Part shown: positions 1 through 10,711 of the stretch, piece by piece
How the letters are laid out: the number at the start of each line of letters is the position of its first letter
How positions within the stretch are numbered: position 1 is the stretch's first letter
DNA from: a candidate division TA06 bacterium
Lineage (GTDB): Bacteria > Edwardsbacteria > AC1 > EtOH8
Assembly: GCA_016235665.1 (NCBI GenBank)
Contig: JACRJI010000013.1
Location: 143,095-207,094 of the forward strand
Length of the DNA stretch: 64,000 bases
Direction: 5' to 3'
Translations under genes and position numbers: made by a program
The notes under the pieces: generated by a model
Seen by the model: the letters and a program-made list of their open reading frames with translations, nothing else
Told to the model about the DNA's origin: nothing
The model's database searches: none

Positions 1-265
1 ACCAGAAACGCCGCAAGTACATGTTGTGGACCATTGGTGTCTGGCTGGGTTCGCTGGCTGACGCCTATGTCAGCGCCCACCTGTACAAATTCAACCAGAA
101 CTCCGAACCGCGGATAACTTTTGTGATCGACCGGAATAAGCTGGCTCTGGCGGGACGGTTTTGACCCAACCCTTTCACCCCTTCCCGCATCGGGAAGGGG
201 CCGGGGGTTAGGTCGGAAAAACCATACTTACAAATGCATCCCATCTTGAATACAAGGAGAACCTA

Positions 266-1774
266 ATGCCGATAACAACCAACTTAATTCTTCTGGGCTT
301 CGGGCTGTTCCTGGCCTTCGCAGTCTTATGGCTGTTCCTGAGGGGCTTAAGCCGCTGGAAGTTCTTCCAAAGCCTGGGCCTGGTGCTGAACATCAGCGGG
401 CTGTACGTGGCTTTCCGGCTCTTTTTGCATTGGGGTCATATTCCCTTGAAAACGCAGACCCATACCCTGGTTCTTTCCATCGGGGTGTTTTTGGGATTCT
501 ATCTGGCCATCAAGATCTTCGAATACCTGGGATTTGACCTGTTGCTTTCCCACAGCAGAAAGGCCCAGGTACCGCTGCTGTTGCGGGACATCATGCGCTG
601 GATGCTGGCTATACTGGTGTTCTTCATCATCCTCAAGGTGAACCTGGGGGTCAACCTGGGGCCGCTGTTTGCCACCTCGGCCGCTTTGACCTTCATCCTG
701 GGCATCGCCATGCAGGACGTGCTGGGCAATCTGTTCGCCGGGATCGCCCTGAACCTGGAACGGCCCTTTGCCATCGGCGACTGGGTGATGATCAACAACC
801 AGGAGGGGCAGGTGGAGAACATGACCTGGCGGGCCACCCGGCTTAAGACCTTCACCGACGACTACGTGATCATTCCCAACGCCTCCATCGCCAAGAACGA
901 GATCATCAACTACAGCCATCCCACCCCCATCCACGCCCGGGAACTGGTGATCGGCGTTCCCTACACCGCCGCGCCCAGCCTGATCAAGCAGGTGATCTCC
1001 GGGGCCATGACCGAAGCCCACGGGGTGATCAAGGATCCCCAGCCCCGGGTCTGGCTGAAGGAGTACGACGACTATACCATCAACTACCGGGTCAAATTCT
1101 GGATCGACGATTTCGGAGACCTGTATGAGATCGAGGACGACGTGATGAGCCGGATCTGGTACCATTTCAAGCGCCACGGCATTGAATTCCCCTATCCCAT
1201 CAGCGACGTCCGGGTGACCCCGGCCAAGGTCCGGGAACCGGAGGAACTGCGCCGGGCGGAAGAACAGCAGGCCGGCCTGTATCTCAAACAGGTGCCGCTC
1301 TTCGCCGCCATTCCCGAAAAGGACCTGAAAAGGCTGGCCGCCAGCCTGCAGGCCAAGACCTTTGCGGCCGGCGAGCATCTGGTGCGGCAGGGCGATGAGG
1401 GCGGGTCGTTTTACATCATCAAGCAGGGAAAGGTGGAGGTGCTGGTGGCCGATCCCGAAGGCCGCCAGACCAGGGTGGCCGAACTGGAAACGGGCAAGTT
1501 CTTCGGCGAGATGTCCCTGCTGACCGGGGAGAAGCGCAGCGCCTCGATCCGGGCCGTCGGGGACGTGGAGGTGCTGGCGGTGGAGAAGAAGGACATCAGC
1601 CCGATACTGACGGCCAACCCCAAGATAGCCGAATCGCTTTCCAAGATGATCGAGCAAAGGCAGAAGGAGAACCTGGAGCGGATCGCCAAGTCCCGGGCCA
1701 TCTCCGAGGAGGAGCGGCGGGCCGCCAGCTCGGCCAGCATTCTGAAGAAGATCCGAAATTTCTTCGCGATGTAA
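266..1774 (+). CDS. MscS-family mechanosensitive channel fused to a C-terminal cyclic-nucleotide-binding (cNMP) domain
   Basis: Several N-terminal TM helices, then the MscS beta-domain region (GIAMQDVLGNLFAGIALNLERPF...GDWV...VENMTWRATRLKT), then a CAP/cNMP-binding fold (FAAGEHLVRQGDEGGSFYIIKQGKVEV...FGEMSLLTGEKRSASIRA). RBS AAGGAGA lies 6 nt upstream of the ATG. Confidence 0.85.
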   Translation: MPITTNLILLGFGLFLAFAVLWLFLRGLSRWKFFQSLGLVLNISGLYVAFRLFLHWGHIPLKTQTHTLVLSIGVFLGFYLAIKIFEYLGFDLLLSHSRKAQVPLLLRDIMRWMLAILVFFIILKVNLGVNLGPLFATSAALTFILGIAMQDVLGNLFAGIALNLERPFAIGDWVMINNQEGQVENMTWRATRLKTFTDDYVIIPNASIAKNEIINYSHPTPIHARELVIGVPYTAAPSLIKQVISGAMTEAHGVIKDPQPRVWLKEYDDYTINYRVKFWIDDFGDLYEIEDDVMSRIWYHFKRHGIEFPYPISDVRVTPAKVREPEELRRAEEQQAGLYLKQVPLFAAIPEKDLKRLAASLQAKTFAAGEHLVRQGDEGGSFYIIKQGKVEVLVADPEGRQTRVAELETGKFFGEMSLLTGEKRSASIRAVGDVEVLAVEKKDISPILTANPKIAESLSKMIEQRQKENLERIAKSRAISEEERRAASSASILKKIRNFFAM

Positions 1775-1882
1775 AACGAGAGGATTGCTTTTACCACGAT
1801 TGCGCCCCGCCACACTTCGACTGCGGCTTAAGCATGCTCTGTCCGGCGGCTCAGTGTCCGGCGGGGCTATAGCGCGCAGTAA

Positions 1883-3073
<1,191 letters not shown>

Positions 3074-3096
3074 AAAATCAATAGGGAGGAAAAATC

Positions 3097-3777
3097 ATGA
3101 ACCGGATAACATTTACCGGCATCATTTTCTGCCTGCTGGCTTTGACTTCCAACCTGTTTCCCAAGAGTCTGGTCCATGCCTCGCCCGGAAGCGGCAACAT
3201 AACCATCGAGACCAGGAACATAGATAACGCCCAGAAGGAACTGCAAAAAGCGGCCACTGAGCTGAAGGTCGTTTTCAAAAGCTACAGCGACTACAAGAAC
3301 AGCTCCAATAACAAGCGGGCCATCAGCGCCAACTGCCTGGTGGATAAAACCCAGGCGGTGGCGTTCATCAATCTGGTGGCTGGCTGGGGCTCGGTTCAGT
3401 CCCAGTCGTATTACGAGAACCAGGACGAGCTGGATCTGCCGGCCAAGGAGAAAAAACTTAAGGCCTTTCAAAGATACCTGGCCAAAATACTCACTTCGGC
3501 CAGCCCCGACCCCGACGTGGTGGCGTTGATCAGCCAGCAGGTGCAGAGCCTGGAATACGAGGTTAACCGGATCAAGGGGGAGGGCCAGGGCAAGTCGGCC
3601 AATATCTCCATCCAGATCCAGGAAAAAGGCTACAACCAGCAGCCTTTTGAATTCCTGGGGCCAAAGTCCTTCATCAAGACCGTGGCCATGGCCCTGGCGC
3701 TTCTTTGTCTGATGATGGGGGTGGTGCTGGGCTGGCTGATGGCCAAGTACAAATTCAAAAACAAAAAGACGGCCTGA
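3097..3777 (+). CDS. hypothetical secreted protein with N-terminal signal peptide and C-terminal TM anchor
   Basis: Hydrophobic N-terminus, coiled-coil-like middle, C-terminal TM helix followed by a basic tail (KYKFKNKKTA). RBS GGGAGG upstream. Confidence 0.6.
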   Translation: MNRITFTGIIFCLLALTSNLFPKSLVHASPGSGNITIETRNIDNAQKELQKAATELKVVFKSYSDYKNSSNNKRAISANCLVDKTQAVAFINLVAGWGSVQSQSYYENQDELDLPAKEKKLKAFQRYLAKILTSASPDPDVVALISQQVQSLEYEVNRIKGEGQGKSANISIQIQEKGYNQQPFEFLGPKSFIKTVAMALALLCLMMGVVLGWLMAKYKFKNKKTA

Positions 3778-3788
3778 TCCAACGTGGG

Positions 3789-3808
3789 TTGACAGGATTT
3801 ACATGATT
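3789..3808 (+). repeat. copy of the intergenic 20-mer TTGACAGGATTTACATGATT (34 nt upstream of ppx)
   Basis: Exact 20-mer shared with the reverse-strand copy at 6340..6359 and nearly identical to the copies at 6188 and 40051. Confidence 0.6.
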
Positions 3809-3842
3809 AACTGACCATTTAAAACAACTCGCCGATAGTGAC

Positions 3843-4775
3843 ATGCCCAAGATCGCGGCCATAGACATAGGCTCCAACGCCATCAGGATGGCGGTGGCGG
3901 AGGTCTCCGCCGCCGGACTTCCGCAAAACCTTAAGCACTACCGGGAACCAGTGCGGCTGGGAACGGATGTCTTCACTGCGGGCCGGGTCGGCCGGGAAAC
4001 CATCGAAGCAGCGCTGGCGGCCCTTAAAAAATACCAAGTGATCATAAACTCCATGGCAGCCCAGCCCGTCAGGGCCGTGGCCACCGAAGCCCTGCGCCGG
4101 GCCGGCAATTGCTCCGAGGTCCTTCAAACCATCGAACTTGAGACCGGCCTGAAAGTGGAGATAATATCTCCGCAGACCGAGGCTGAATTGGTGCTGAACG
4201 CTCTCTCCCAAAAAATAGATCTGACGGGAAGGAACGTTCTTCACCTGGAGTTGGGCGGGGGCAGCCTGGAACTGAGCACGGTACTAAACGGCACCCTGGC
4301 CGCTTCCCAAAGCTTTGAACTCGGAGCTATAAGGCTTTTGCAAAACATCAGAGCAACGAACAAGGACCAGGCGCTGTCCGACATCAAAAAACTGGCCGGA
4401 CCTGCACTTGTTTGGCTGGATGAAGCCCAGAAACAGCATCAAATGGATGTTCTGGTCGGCACCGGGGGAAGCCTGGAGCTTTTGGCTGATCTGGCGGTCC
4501 AGGTGACGGGCTCTGGCAAAAAGAACCACCTGCATCGTGGCAGCCTGGAAAGGATCGTGGACTCTCTGATTCCATTGGACCTGAAACAGAGAATGGACCG
4601 GTTCAACCTGAAACCAGACCGGGCGGACGTGGCCCTGCCGGCGGCGCTGCTGATCTTGGTCCTGCTGGGAAACACCAGACTGGACGAGATCCAAGTCCCC
4701 CGGGTGGGATTGAAAGACGGTTTGCTCATGGCAATAGCACAATCTCTAAATACAGGAAACAGCAATGACGGCTAA
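3843..4775 (+). CDS. ppx: Ppx/GppA-family phosphatase (exopolyphosphatase / guanosine pentaphosphate phosphohydrolase)
   Basis: N-terminal AAIDIGSNAIRMAVAEV actin-like ATPase fold motif, plus GTGGSLE, typical of the Ppx/GppA family. Confidence 0.8.
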   Translation: MPKIAAIDIGSNAIRMAVAEVSAAGLPQNLKHYREPVRLGTDVFTAGRVGRETIEAALAALKKYQVIINSMAAQPVRAVATEALRRAGNCSEVLQTIELETGLKVEIISPQTEAELVLNALSQKIDLTGRNVLHLELGGGSLELSTVLNGTLAASQSFELGAIRLLQNIRATNKDQALSDIKKLAGPALVWLDEAQKQHQMDVLVGTGGSLELLADLAVQVTGSGKKNHLHRGSLERIVDSLIPLDLKQRMDRFNLKPDRADVALPAALLILVLLGNTRLDEIQVPRVGLKDGLLMAIAQSLNTGNSNDG

Positions 4776-5457
4776 ATTCGTCGAAGGGCAGGAACTGCCG
4801 GGCAAGCTGATAGCGGTGGAAGGGCTGGACGGCTCGGGCAAGTCCACCCAGATCCACCTGGTCAAGCGCTGGCTGGAACTGGAGGGCTACAAGGTCTTCT
4901 TCACCGAGTGGAACTCCTCGCCCCTGGTCCGGCAGTCGGTGAAGAACGGGAAGCGGGAGCAGCTCTTGACCCCCACCACCTTTGCCCTGATCCACTGCAC
5001 CGATTTCGCGGACCGCTACGAGCGCCAGATCCTGCCGCTGCTCCACGCCGGGTACATCGTGCTGGCCGACCGCTACATCTACACCGCCTTCGCCCGGGAC
5101 GCGGTGCGGGGCTGCGACCGGGACTGGGTGAAAAGCCTGTACAGCTATGCGGTCCACCCCCACGTCACCTTCTTCTTCGACGTGCCGCTGGAGATGGCGC
5201 TGTCCCGGATCATGTCGGGGCGGGCCAAGCTGAAGCACTACGAGGCCGGCATGGACATGGGTTATTCTCCCGACATCCTCCAGAGCTTCAAGACCTTTCA
5301 GGGGAAGATGCGGGAGGAATACCTGCGGATGACCGAGGAGTTCGGGTTCATCAAGATAGACGTGGGCCGCCCGCCCGACCAGCTGCAGAAAGAGGTGCGG
5401 GGCCACATTCAGGAACGGATAGAGCTGGAGAGGTACAAATGGAAAACATCGCGCTGA
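4765..5457 (+). CDS. tmk: thymidylate kinase-like protein (copy 1)
   Basis: P-loop LIAVEGLDGSGKSTQ, DRY motif (LADRYIYT) and lid arginines. Overlaps the ppx stop by 11 nt. Confidence 0.75.
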   Translation: MTAKFVEGQELPGKLIAVEGLDGSGKSTQIHLVKRWLELEGYKVFFTEWNSSPLVRQSVKNGKREQLLTPTTFALIHCTDFADRYERQILPLLHAGYIVLADRYIYTAFARDAVRGCDRDWVKSLYSYAVHPHVTFFFDVPLEMALSRIMSGRAKLKHYEAGMDMGYSPDILQSFKTFQGKMREEYLRMTEEFGFIKIDVGRPPDQLQKEVRGHIQERIELERYKWKTSR

Positions 5458-6167
5458 CCCCCAAGAAATTCTACGGCCAGGGGCTTCCCAACGTCGACCC
5501 GGGAACACTCAACGGCAAGCTGATCGTGATAGAAGGGGCCGACGGCTCCGGGCGCACCACCCAGATCAACCTCCTCAGCGACTGGCTGGAGCGGCTGGGC
5601 TACGCCACCACCCGGGTGGGCCTTAAAAGATCGAAGCTGGTGGGGGCCGAGCTGGAGGAGGCCATGCAGGGCAACACTCTCAGCCCCATCACCCTGTCGC
5701 TGTTCTACGCCACCGACTTTGCCGACCAGCTGGAGAAGACCATCATCCCGGCCCTGAAGTCGGATTTCATCGTGCTGGCCGACCGCTACATCTACACCCT
5801 GATGGCCCGGGACATCGCCCGGGGGGTGGACCCGGCCTGGGTGCGCGAGGTCTACGGCATAGCCCTGGTCCCGGACGCGGTCTTTTACCTGAAGGCCGGC
5901 CCGGAGCTTCTGGCCGAGCGGAATTTCAAGAACAAGGGCGGACTGGACTACTGGGAATCCGGCATGGACATTCAGCGCAGCGGCGACCGCTACGAGTGCT
6001 TTATAAAATACCACCGCAAGATCCAAAACATCTTCGGGGAAATGCAGGAGCATTACGGGTTCGAGTCCGTCAATGCCGGAAGGGCGCCCAACACCATTTC
6101 CCAGGACCTGATCTCCAAGGTCAGGTTCATATTAAGCCCGCTGGAGTTGAACAGCCGGGAAGAATAG
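5439..6167 (+). CDS. thymidylate kinase-like protein (copy 2, divergent paralog)
   Basis: P-loop LIVIEGADGSGRTTQ and DRYIYT motif. The track ORF 4908..6167 is a spurious N-terminal extension overlapping copy 1. The ATG at 5439 gives a 242-aa protein overlapping copy 1 by 19 nt. Confidence 0.7.
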   Translation: MENIALTPKKFYGQGLPNVDPGTLNGKLIVIEGADGSGRTTQINLLSDWLERLGYATTRVGLKRSKLVGAELEEAMQGNTLSPITLSLFYATDFADQLEKTIIPALKSDFIVLADRYIYTLMARDIARGVDPAWVREVYGIALVPDAVFYLKAGPELLAERNFKNKGGLDYWESGMDIQRSGDRYECFIKYHRKIQNIFGEMQEHYGFESVNAGRAPNTISQDLISKVRFILSPLELNSREE

Positions 6168-6187
6168 GGATTTTTACTTTACCGGGG

Positions 6188-6359
6188 CAGACAGGATTAA
6201 CATGATTCCACGGATTTGATTTTATTCAAATAAATATCCATGGAGAACCTTGTATAGTCAATAATATTCGTGCCGTTTTGCCGCTGCAGCGGCACCCCGC
6301 CCACAGGCGGTGGCGTTTGTTTCGTGGGTTGGAATAAAAAATCATGTAAATCCTGTCAA
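6188..6359. repeat. MITE-like segment bounded by an 18-20 bp inverted repeat (GACAGGATTaACATGATT ... AATCATGTAAATCCTGTC)
   Basis: The inverted copies differ at one position and flank about 130 bp of non-coding DNA. That DNA contains a perfect 16-bp palindrome, TGCCGCTGCAGCGGCA. The same 20-mer recurs at 3789 and 40051. Confidence 0.4.
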
Positions 6360-6367
6360 AAATATTC

Positions 6368-6877
6368 ATGGAACTATACATACTAAGACACGGGCTGGCC
6401 GGGGAGTTCGGGGATCCCCGCTACTCCGACGACAGCCAGAGACCGCTGACCGCCGAGGGCAAGCGCAAGATGCTCCAGGCGGCGCTGGGCATGAAGGCCA
6501 TGGGTCTGTCCTTTGACTTGGCCTTTGCCAGCCCGTACCTGCGGGCCCGGCAGACCGCCGAGATCGTATGCCGGCTGCTGGACTGCCTTGATATCCTGCA
6601 GATCACCGAAAACCTGGAGCCCGGCCGGGATCCCAGAAAACTGATAGCCGAGATAAACGAGAATGCTCCGAAGAACAAAAGCGTGCTGATAGCAGGGCAC
6701 GAGCCATTTTTAAGCGGGCTGATAGCATATTTGATCTCCGGCAGCCACAGTCCCCAGGTAGAATTCAAGAAAGGGGCCTTGTGCAAGCTGGAGGCAGGAG
6801 AGTTGAAATACGGGCGCTGCGCCGCGCTTCACTGGCTGTTGACCAGCAAACAAATGGGGATGATGGTTGGCAAATAA
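6368..6877 (+). CDS. sixA: phosphohistidine phosphatase SixA (histidine-phosphatase superfamily)
   Basis: RHG catalytic motif at the N-terminus (LYILRHGLAGEF), about 170 aa, branch-1 histidine phosphatase topology. Confidence 0.75.
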   Translation: MELYILRHGLAGEFGDPRYSDDSQRPLTAEGKRKMLQAALGMKAMGLSFDLAFASPYLRARQTAEIVCRLLDCLDILQITENLEPGRDPRKLIAEINENAPKNKSVLIAGHEPFLSGLIAYLISGSHSPQVEFKKGALCKLEAGELKYGRCAALHWLLTSKQMGMMVGK

Positions 6878-6895
6878 AGATATATCGTTCGGCTC

Positions 6896-6924
6896 TTGAC
6901 AAAGCCCCTAAATTGAGTTACACT
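6896..6924 (+). promoter_or_regulatory. sigma-70-like promoter (TTGACA-17-TACACT) upstream of the peptidase array
   Basis: Consensus -35 with 17-nt spacer in an AT-rich 250-bp leader. Would give a ~200-nt 5' UTR. Confidence 0.35.
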
Positions 6925-7132
6925 AATTAATTAGAGATAAATAATTGCATATTGTGTAAAATATGCATCATTTCCCGGAAACCGAAATAGTTATAGAGTT
7001 ATCTAACTTATAATCCCCTTTACAGTCCATTGAATTTAAAGACCTTGCAGCTTTTGGTAAAACAGTCAAAGCGAAGAGATCCGGCACTATTCTTGCAGTA
7101 ATATTCTTCAATATATAAAACATGGAGAAAAC

Positions 7133-10100
7133 ATGAAACACCATGGCATAAAAATGGCTGTCATCGGCCTGATGATATTAGCCGTATCAGGGTCAGCCCA
7201 GGCCCAGTGGCTGTCCCTTACCCAGGCCGGACCGGCCCAAAAGCCGGTCAGCCTGTTGCAAAGCGGCAACAGCCAGATCGTTTTTGAGATCAATGTTCCC
7301 GGTTTCGAAAAAAGCACAGCCAGCACCAAGGGCGGGGACTTTGGCCTGCTGACCATTCCCGGGCAGGGCTACAATACCGCCGTCGGCCAGCCTAAGCTTC
7401 CGGTGATATCCGAATGGCTGGAGATACCCCAGGGCGCAACGGCCACGGCTGAATTTCAGATACTGGAAAGCCGGGAAGTAAGCCTGAAGGAACTGGGAAT
7501 AGAGCAAAAGATCGTCCCGGTGCAGTACCCGGTGCCCAAGATCGAAGGCGCCGCCGAAAAGATACCGTTTGCCATGGACGATAACATTTATTCCAAGGAC
7601 AAATTCTTCGGGCAGGCCAAAGTAACCCTTTCCCGTCCGGTAAGCATGCGTGCCAAGCGGGCGGTGCTGGCCAGTTTTAATCCCATATCCTATAACCCGG
7701 TAAGCGGAAGGCTGAAAATAGCCACCAGGGTCAAAGTGACTGTAAATCTTTCCGGATCGGACCAGGCCCGCACCAACAGCATTTACCAGAAATATTCCTC
7801 CAAACTATACGACAAACATGTGACGGGCATCACCATCAATGAGTTGGCCGTAAGCAAGGCAGGGAAAGCCGTTCTTCCGGCCCCGGTCAATCAGTTGATC
7901 ATAGTGGTGGATTCATTCTACACCGGCATCCAACCGCTGGTGGACTGGGACACCCGCAAGGGATATCATGTGACCGTGACCAGAACTTCGGAGATCCCCG
8001 GCGGGGCAGATACCACTCACATCCGGCAGTACATTCAGTCGGTCTATGACGGAGCCAACCCGCCGGATCTGGTCCTACTGGTGGGCGATGTTAACGGCAT
8101 ACCGGCCCATCGCAGCACCGAGGAGGATCTGCCCTATACCGACCTGTACTATTCCACCATGGCCGGAAGCGACATCGTCCCCGATCTTTATCTCAGCCGG
8201 ATCTCGGTGGCCAACACCCCCCAGCTGGGGTATTATCTTACCAAGTATCTAAACTACCAGCAGGGCAGTTGGGGGGCAAGCCAGGACTGGATGTCCAAGG
8301 CCTATTTTACCTCCACCAATGATCCTATGCATGTGCTGACCGACCTGACCGATAACTATTGCATGGCCCTGTCCCGGAGCCACGGCATCACCTGTGATTC
8401 GCTTTACGCTTATTACGGCACCGGCACCCCTATAGCCACGGCCTTCAACGACGGCAGGACGGTGATGGCCTATACCGGACATGGTTCCACAACCAGCTGG
8501 TCCGGCCCCAGTTTCACCCAGGCTGACATCAACGCCTTGACCAATGCCTATATGTCAACCTTCGTCACCAGCTTTGCCTGCCAGACAGGCGATTTCAGCT
8601 TGGGCGAGTGCTTTGGGGAGACCTGGATCAGGACTGCCAACAAAGGCGCCATCGCATTTTGGGGCTCCTCGGTCTATTCCTACTGGGACGAGGACGATAT
8701 TCTTCAGCGCCGGATGTTCGACGCCTTTCTGGACAGCGGTTATACTCTGATCGGCGGGATGACGGTCAAGGCCAAGCTGGACCTGGGCCGCTTTTACGGC
8801 TGGGATCAGGCGGTCAGCGTTACCGTGAACCGTTATTTTGAGCAATATAACATTTTTGGCAACGCCGGGGTGGACCTGTACACCCAACAGCCGGCCGCCC
8901 TGACGGTAACCCACCCCGACAGCATTTCAGCCTGGCCCAGCCAGCTAACTGTCAATGTCGATGCCGGAGGTCCGGTACAGGACGCATTGGTGGCCGTTTA
9001 CCGTCCCAGTACCAAAACCCTGCTGATCTCGGGTTATACTGATGCTGCCGGCAACATAACTTTCAACATAAACCCCGGGGGAGCGGTTGACAGTCTGGCG
9101 GTGACGGTCACCGCCCACAATTGCGCCCCGTATCAGGGCAAGATACAGACCTATTCCGGCGGGGCCTATGTGGCTCACCTGAAAAACACCGTTGACGATG
9201 CCACAGGGAACGGCGACGGTGTTTTGAACCCCAATGAGACTGCTGGGATACTTCTCTGGCTTAAGAATTTCGGGACCGACACCGCCAAGGCGGTCGGTGC
9301 CAAAATCAGAACCGGAGATGCCTACGTTTCCTTCATCGATTCTGTTGAAATTTACGGGGATATAGCTCCGGGAGATTCCATCGGCATTTTAGGATTTTCG
9401 CTGAATGTAGCAACTTCCGCCCCCGACAGCCACACCACCCTGTTCACTGTGGAATGCCGTGACAGCCGGGACACGGTCTGGCAGTCTGGCTTCATCCTGG
9501 TGATTAGGGCTCCTGAACTGGCTTATAAGTCCCACCTGGTGCTCGATCCGGCTGCCGGCGGTAACAACAACAGCATTCTGGAACCGGGAGAGAGCGACAG
9601 CATCCAGGTGACTATCAGCAACAGCGGAGGACAGACCGCCACCGGGACCACAGCACTGCTCAGCACTTCGGACCCGTACCTGACCATAACCGGGAACAGC
9701 GCTTCCTACGGGGACATTTCGTCCACCGGAGGCGCGGTCTCCGCCCCGGCCTATGCTGTGACGGTGGGCGCACCTCCGGCCTCTCCTTATTTCGCCTGGG
9801 TAAGGCTCAACATCAGCGCCTTAAGCGGAGGCTATGCCAGGACCGACAGTTTCCGGTTGGTGATAGGCGGAGCCGGGTTCTTTGATAATGTTGAGGATGC
9901 CGGCCTCACCGCAAAATATTCTGTACAATCGCAGTGGCACATAACCGGGCAAAGTTCTTACAGCCCGGGGCAAAGCTGGTGGTGCGGCGACAGCGCTTCC
10001 GGCCAATACAGCAGCCTGCTCGACGCCTCGCTGACAACGCCCGAGATCATACTGGGTCCCAAAAGCGAACTCAGTTTCTGGCATAAGTATGATACTGAGG

Positions 10101-10639
10101 CCACCTATGATTTCTGCAATGTGGAATACAGCACCAACAGCGGCAGCAGTTGGAACAATCTGGGTGCTTTTGACGGTTACCAGCCGGCTTGGGTTAAGCA
10201 AACATACGATCTATCGTCGATAACATCGGGGACGGTCATCAAAGTGAGATTCCATTTCACCTCCGACGGGTCGGTCACCGGCACCGGCTGGTATGTGGAT
10301 GACATAAGGATACAGGAGACCACCGGCGTTGCCGGCACCCAGACCGACCCCGGCCTGCCATCAGTAATAGTGCTGGGACTGGCCTATCCCAATCCCAGCT
10401 CAGGTGGGGCGCTGATCAAGTATCAGCTCCCGCAAAAAATAAACACCGAACTAAGGGTCTACAATATTGCCGGCCAGATGGTCAGGACCATCCAAATGGG
10501 GATCCAGAACCCAGGCAATCAAAGCGTTTTTTGGAACGGCAGGGATCAAAATGATAAAAAAGTGGCAGCCGGAATTTATTTTTACCAGCTTAATGCCGGC
10601 GGTTTTTCGGCCACCAAAAAATTAGTGGTGATAAAATAA
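7133..10639 (+). CDS. C25-family (gingipain-like) cysteine peptidase with a MAM/choice-of-anchor-J-like beta-sandwich domain and T9SS C-terminal sorting domain
   Basis: Signal peptide. C25 core region (LVLLVGDVNGIPAHRS, YTDLYYSTMAGSDIVPDLYLSRISV, catalytic His/Cys context GHGSTTSW...SFACQTGDF). Ig-like repeats. MAM-like domain (WWCGD...FWHKYDTEATYDFCNVEYSTNSGSSW...WYVDDIRI). Terminal T9SS type-A CTD (LRVYNIAGQMV...GIYFYQLNAGGFSATKKLVVIK). Confidence 0.85.
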   Translation: MKHHGIKMAVIGLMILAVSGSAQAQWLSLTQAGPAQKPVSLLQSGNSQIVFEINVPGFEKSTASTKGGDFGLLTIPGQGYNTAVGQPKLPVISEWLEIPQGATATAEFQILESREVSLKELGIEQKIVPVQYPVPKIEGAAEKIPFAMDDNIYSKDKFFGQAKVTLSRPVSMRAKRAVLASFNPISYNPVSGRLKIATRVKVTVNLSGSDQARTNSIYQKYSSKLYDKHVTGITINELAVSKAGKAVLPAPVNQLIIVVDSFYTGIQPLVDWDTRKGYHVTVTRTSEIPGGADTTHIRQYIQSVYDGANPPDLVLLVGDVNGIPAHRSTEEDLPYTDLYYSTMAGSDIVPDLYLSRISVANTPQLGYYLTKYLNYQQGSWGASQDWMSKAYFTSTNDPMHVLTDLTDNYCMALSRSHGITCDSLYAYYGTGTPIATAFNDGRTVMAYTGHGSTTSWSGPSFTQADINALTNAYMSTFVTSFACQTGDFSLGECFGETWIRTANKGAIAFWGSSVYSYWDEDDILQRRMFDAFLDSGYTLIGGMTVKAKLDLGRFYGWDQAVSVTVNRYFEQYNIFGNAGVDLYTQQPAALTVTHPDSISAWPSQLTVNVDAGGPVQDALVAVYRPSTKTLLISGYTDAAGNITFNINPGGAVDSLAVTVTAHNCAPYQGKIQTYSGGAYVAHLKNTVDDATGNGDGVLNPNETAGILLWLKNFGTDTAKAVGAKIRTGDAYVSFIDSVEIYGDIAPGDSIGILGFSLNVATSAPDSHTTLFTVECRDSRDTVWQSGFILVIRAPELAYKSHLVLDPAAGGNNNSILEPGESDSIQVTISNSGGQTATGTTALLSTSDPYLTITGNSASYGDISSTGGAVSAPAYAVTVGAPPASPYFAWVRLNISALSGGYARTDSFRLVIGGAGFFDNVEDAGLTAKYSVQSQWHITGQSSYSPGQSWWCGDSASGQYSSLLDASLTTPEIILGPKSELSFWHKYDTEATYDFCNVEYSTNSGSSWNNLGAFDGYQPAWVKQTYDLSSITSGTVIKVRFHFTSDGSVTGTGWYVDDIRIQETTGVAGTQTDPGLPSVIVLGLAYPNPSSGGALIKYQLPQKINTELRVYNIAGQMVRTIQMGIQNPGNQSVFWNGRDQNDKKVAAGIYFYQLNAGGFSATKKLVVIK

Positions 10640-10656
10640 ATCAACCTGCATGGAAT

Positions 10657-10689
10657 ACGGGCGTTTTCTGATCAAGAGAAAACGCCCGT
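10657..10689 (+). terminator. stem-loop (12-bp stem ACGGGCGTTTTC / GAAAACGCCCGT) downstream of the C25 peptidase gene
   Basis: Perfect inverted repeat with a 9-nt loop. T-tract is weak, so possibly only partial termination. Confidence 0.4.
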
Positions 10690-10711
10690 TGACTTTAAGC
10701 GAAAGGCAGAT

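Noticed and set aside
4908-5438. N-terminal 177 codons of track ORF 4908..6167
   Set aside because: This is an out-of-frame overlap with tmk copy 1 and is Arg/Pro/Gly-rich. The tmk-like homology begins at the internal ATG at 5439.
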